A stretch of DNA of 64,000 bases from Lama guanicoe (lineage: Eukaryota), in assembly GCA_013239625.1 (NCBI GenBank), contig MU053482.1, positions 4,115,922 through 4,179,921 of the forward strand, read 5' to 3'. Below the pieces are notes generated by a model. That model made no database searches. It saw only the letters and a list, made by a program, of their open reading frames with translations, and had not been told where the DNA came from. Made by a program: the position numbers and the translations under genes. Positions 62,611 through 64,000 of the stretch are shown here, piece by piece. Every line of letters begins with the position of its first letter. The first letter of the stretch is position 1.

Positions 62611-63269
62611 AAGCTGGAGATGTCAGGGTCAGAACCGCCTCCCATGGCTTAGGCCTTTTGTAGGTTGCCATTACATCCCTGAGCCCACTGGTCAGGTCCC
62701 TTTGGGACCTCTTTCCACACCAACCCCTCCTGCACTGAGCAGCACCAGAGAAGGAAGTGGCAGCCTGGTCAAACATCCTTCCAGAATTGCAGATGCCCCA
62801 TTAGGATTCAGAGGCATTCTCTACTTTCTCTAGAGGCCATTGATCCTGGGAGGTGACTTTAATCAGGGATTTGATCACCTACAGACAGTTCCTTGTTCAC
62901 ACTCATTCTTCCTGGGCTCCCCCAGGCCCCTTAACAACATTAGACTGCAGTTTTAGGTTTATATAATTTGGTGCTTAATGCACCTTACTATTAGCCCAGA
63001 ACAATGGAAGTAACTTCTGAAATGTCAGCTTCATACCAGAGCCACCTCTTCCCAGAATGCCCCGCTCTGGGTGTGTGGCTGCATCCAGGGCTCAGCACAG
63101 GAGCCGGGCGTCTAGGAAGGAAGACTCCTCCAGAGTTTCAGGCCCTGGGTCTTTGAAGCCTTGCTGTGTAGATGGGAGTATCTGACCACTCTTCAAGGGA
63201 GTGATCACGGAGCCAGCTCTGCCACCAGGCCAGGTCAGCTGGTCCTGACCTCCTCCTTGAGCCTGGATA

Positions 63270-64000
63270 TTGGCCCTGCTCAGCAGTGCCTCTCTGCCAA
63301 ACGACTACTTAAGATCTTCCCTTGAATGTCTCAGGGGCATCTCACATTCAGCATATCCAGACCGTAACTCTTGATCTTTCTCCCTAAACCTGTTCTTCCC
63401 CCACCCCTCCCACCTCAGTCAATGACGCCATCGTTCACCCCATCACTCCAGCCAGAAATCTGAAATTTATCTTCAGGTCTCTCCTCTCCTTCACTCCCTA
63501 CAACCAATCACCAGCAAATCCAAGTATAACTCAAATGCATCCCCTTCTCTCTCTCTCCAGGCACCGTAGTCCAAAGTGCCATTATTTCTGGTCTGAAGGA
63601 TTGCAATAGCTTCCCAAATGATTTCCCTGCTTCTGTTCACATCTGTAACCAAACTATTCACTACAGACTGGCCAGAGAGATCATCCAAATATGTCGGTCA
63701 GATCATACCTCTCCCCCATTTAAAATTCACCACTGTTGCCCATTGCACTGAAGGTAACATTCTCCAAGGTCCTATATGACCAGACCCCTGCCTAATTCTT
63801 CACTACCATCTTAAGCCATTCTCCCCCTTCCTTACCACCTGCCACCCACATTTGTCTCCTGGTGACTCTGAGAACAAGTCAGGCTCTCTCCTACCTCCAG
63901 GTCTTCGTATGTGCTGTTTCCTCTGCCCGGAACACTCTTCCGTGGCTCTTTAGGTTGGTTTACCCCTCATCCTTCAGTGCTCAGCTCAGAGGGGGCCGTC
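63270..64000 (+). mobile_element. L2 LINE fragment (runs to the window end)
   Basis: ttgaatgtctcaggggcatctcacattcagcatatccag...cccacctcagtcaatgacgccatc...gtgctgtttcctctgcccggaacactctt. Confidence 0.75.

Larger units (their letters stand above)
1..64000 (-). other. GALNT18: GALNT18 gene body (partial). Introns: 31427-64000+ , 29644-31242 (1599 bp), 25239-29445 (4207 bp), and from 25123 to beyond position 1
   Basis: Three in-frame exons found. Neither the preceding exon (ending ...ILVDD...) nor the following exon (starting VWQCGG...) was seen in the window. Confidence 0.85.

Overview
Mammalian genomic DNA, most likely camelid (alpaca/llama/camel), judged from tRNA-Ala-derived Vic-1-type SINEs and camelid-type L1 3' ends. 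The whole 64 kb lies inside one minus-strand gene, GALNT18 (polypeptide GalNAc-transferase 18). Three internal coding exons are present: 31243-31426 (184 nt), 29446-29643 (198 nt) and 25124-25238 (115 nt). They have canonical AG/GT boundaries and compatible phases, and together encode the catalytic-domain DxH and YGGENVE motifs. The rest is intron (>32 kb upstream, >25 kb downstream) filled with L1, L2, L3/CR1, MIR, MaLR/ERVL LTRs, hAT/Tigger DNA transposons, simple repeats and one 119-N assembly gap. Nearly all ORFs in the supplied track are spurious. I found no prokaryotic system, CRISPR array or intact autonomous element, and no new biological system that I can demonstrate. The best leads are: an unexplained perfect 50-bp direct repeat with a 30-bp spacer (1518-1647); a dense cluster of short inverted repeats (11288-11413); inverted L1/MLT1 pairs bracketing the three exons (circRNA/dsRNA geometry); a perfect 20-bp palindrome inside an L1; and several repeat-free, motif-rich candidate enhancers. 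Repeat family names and most old-repeat boundaries come from recognition by eye and are approximate.
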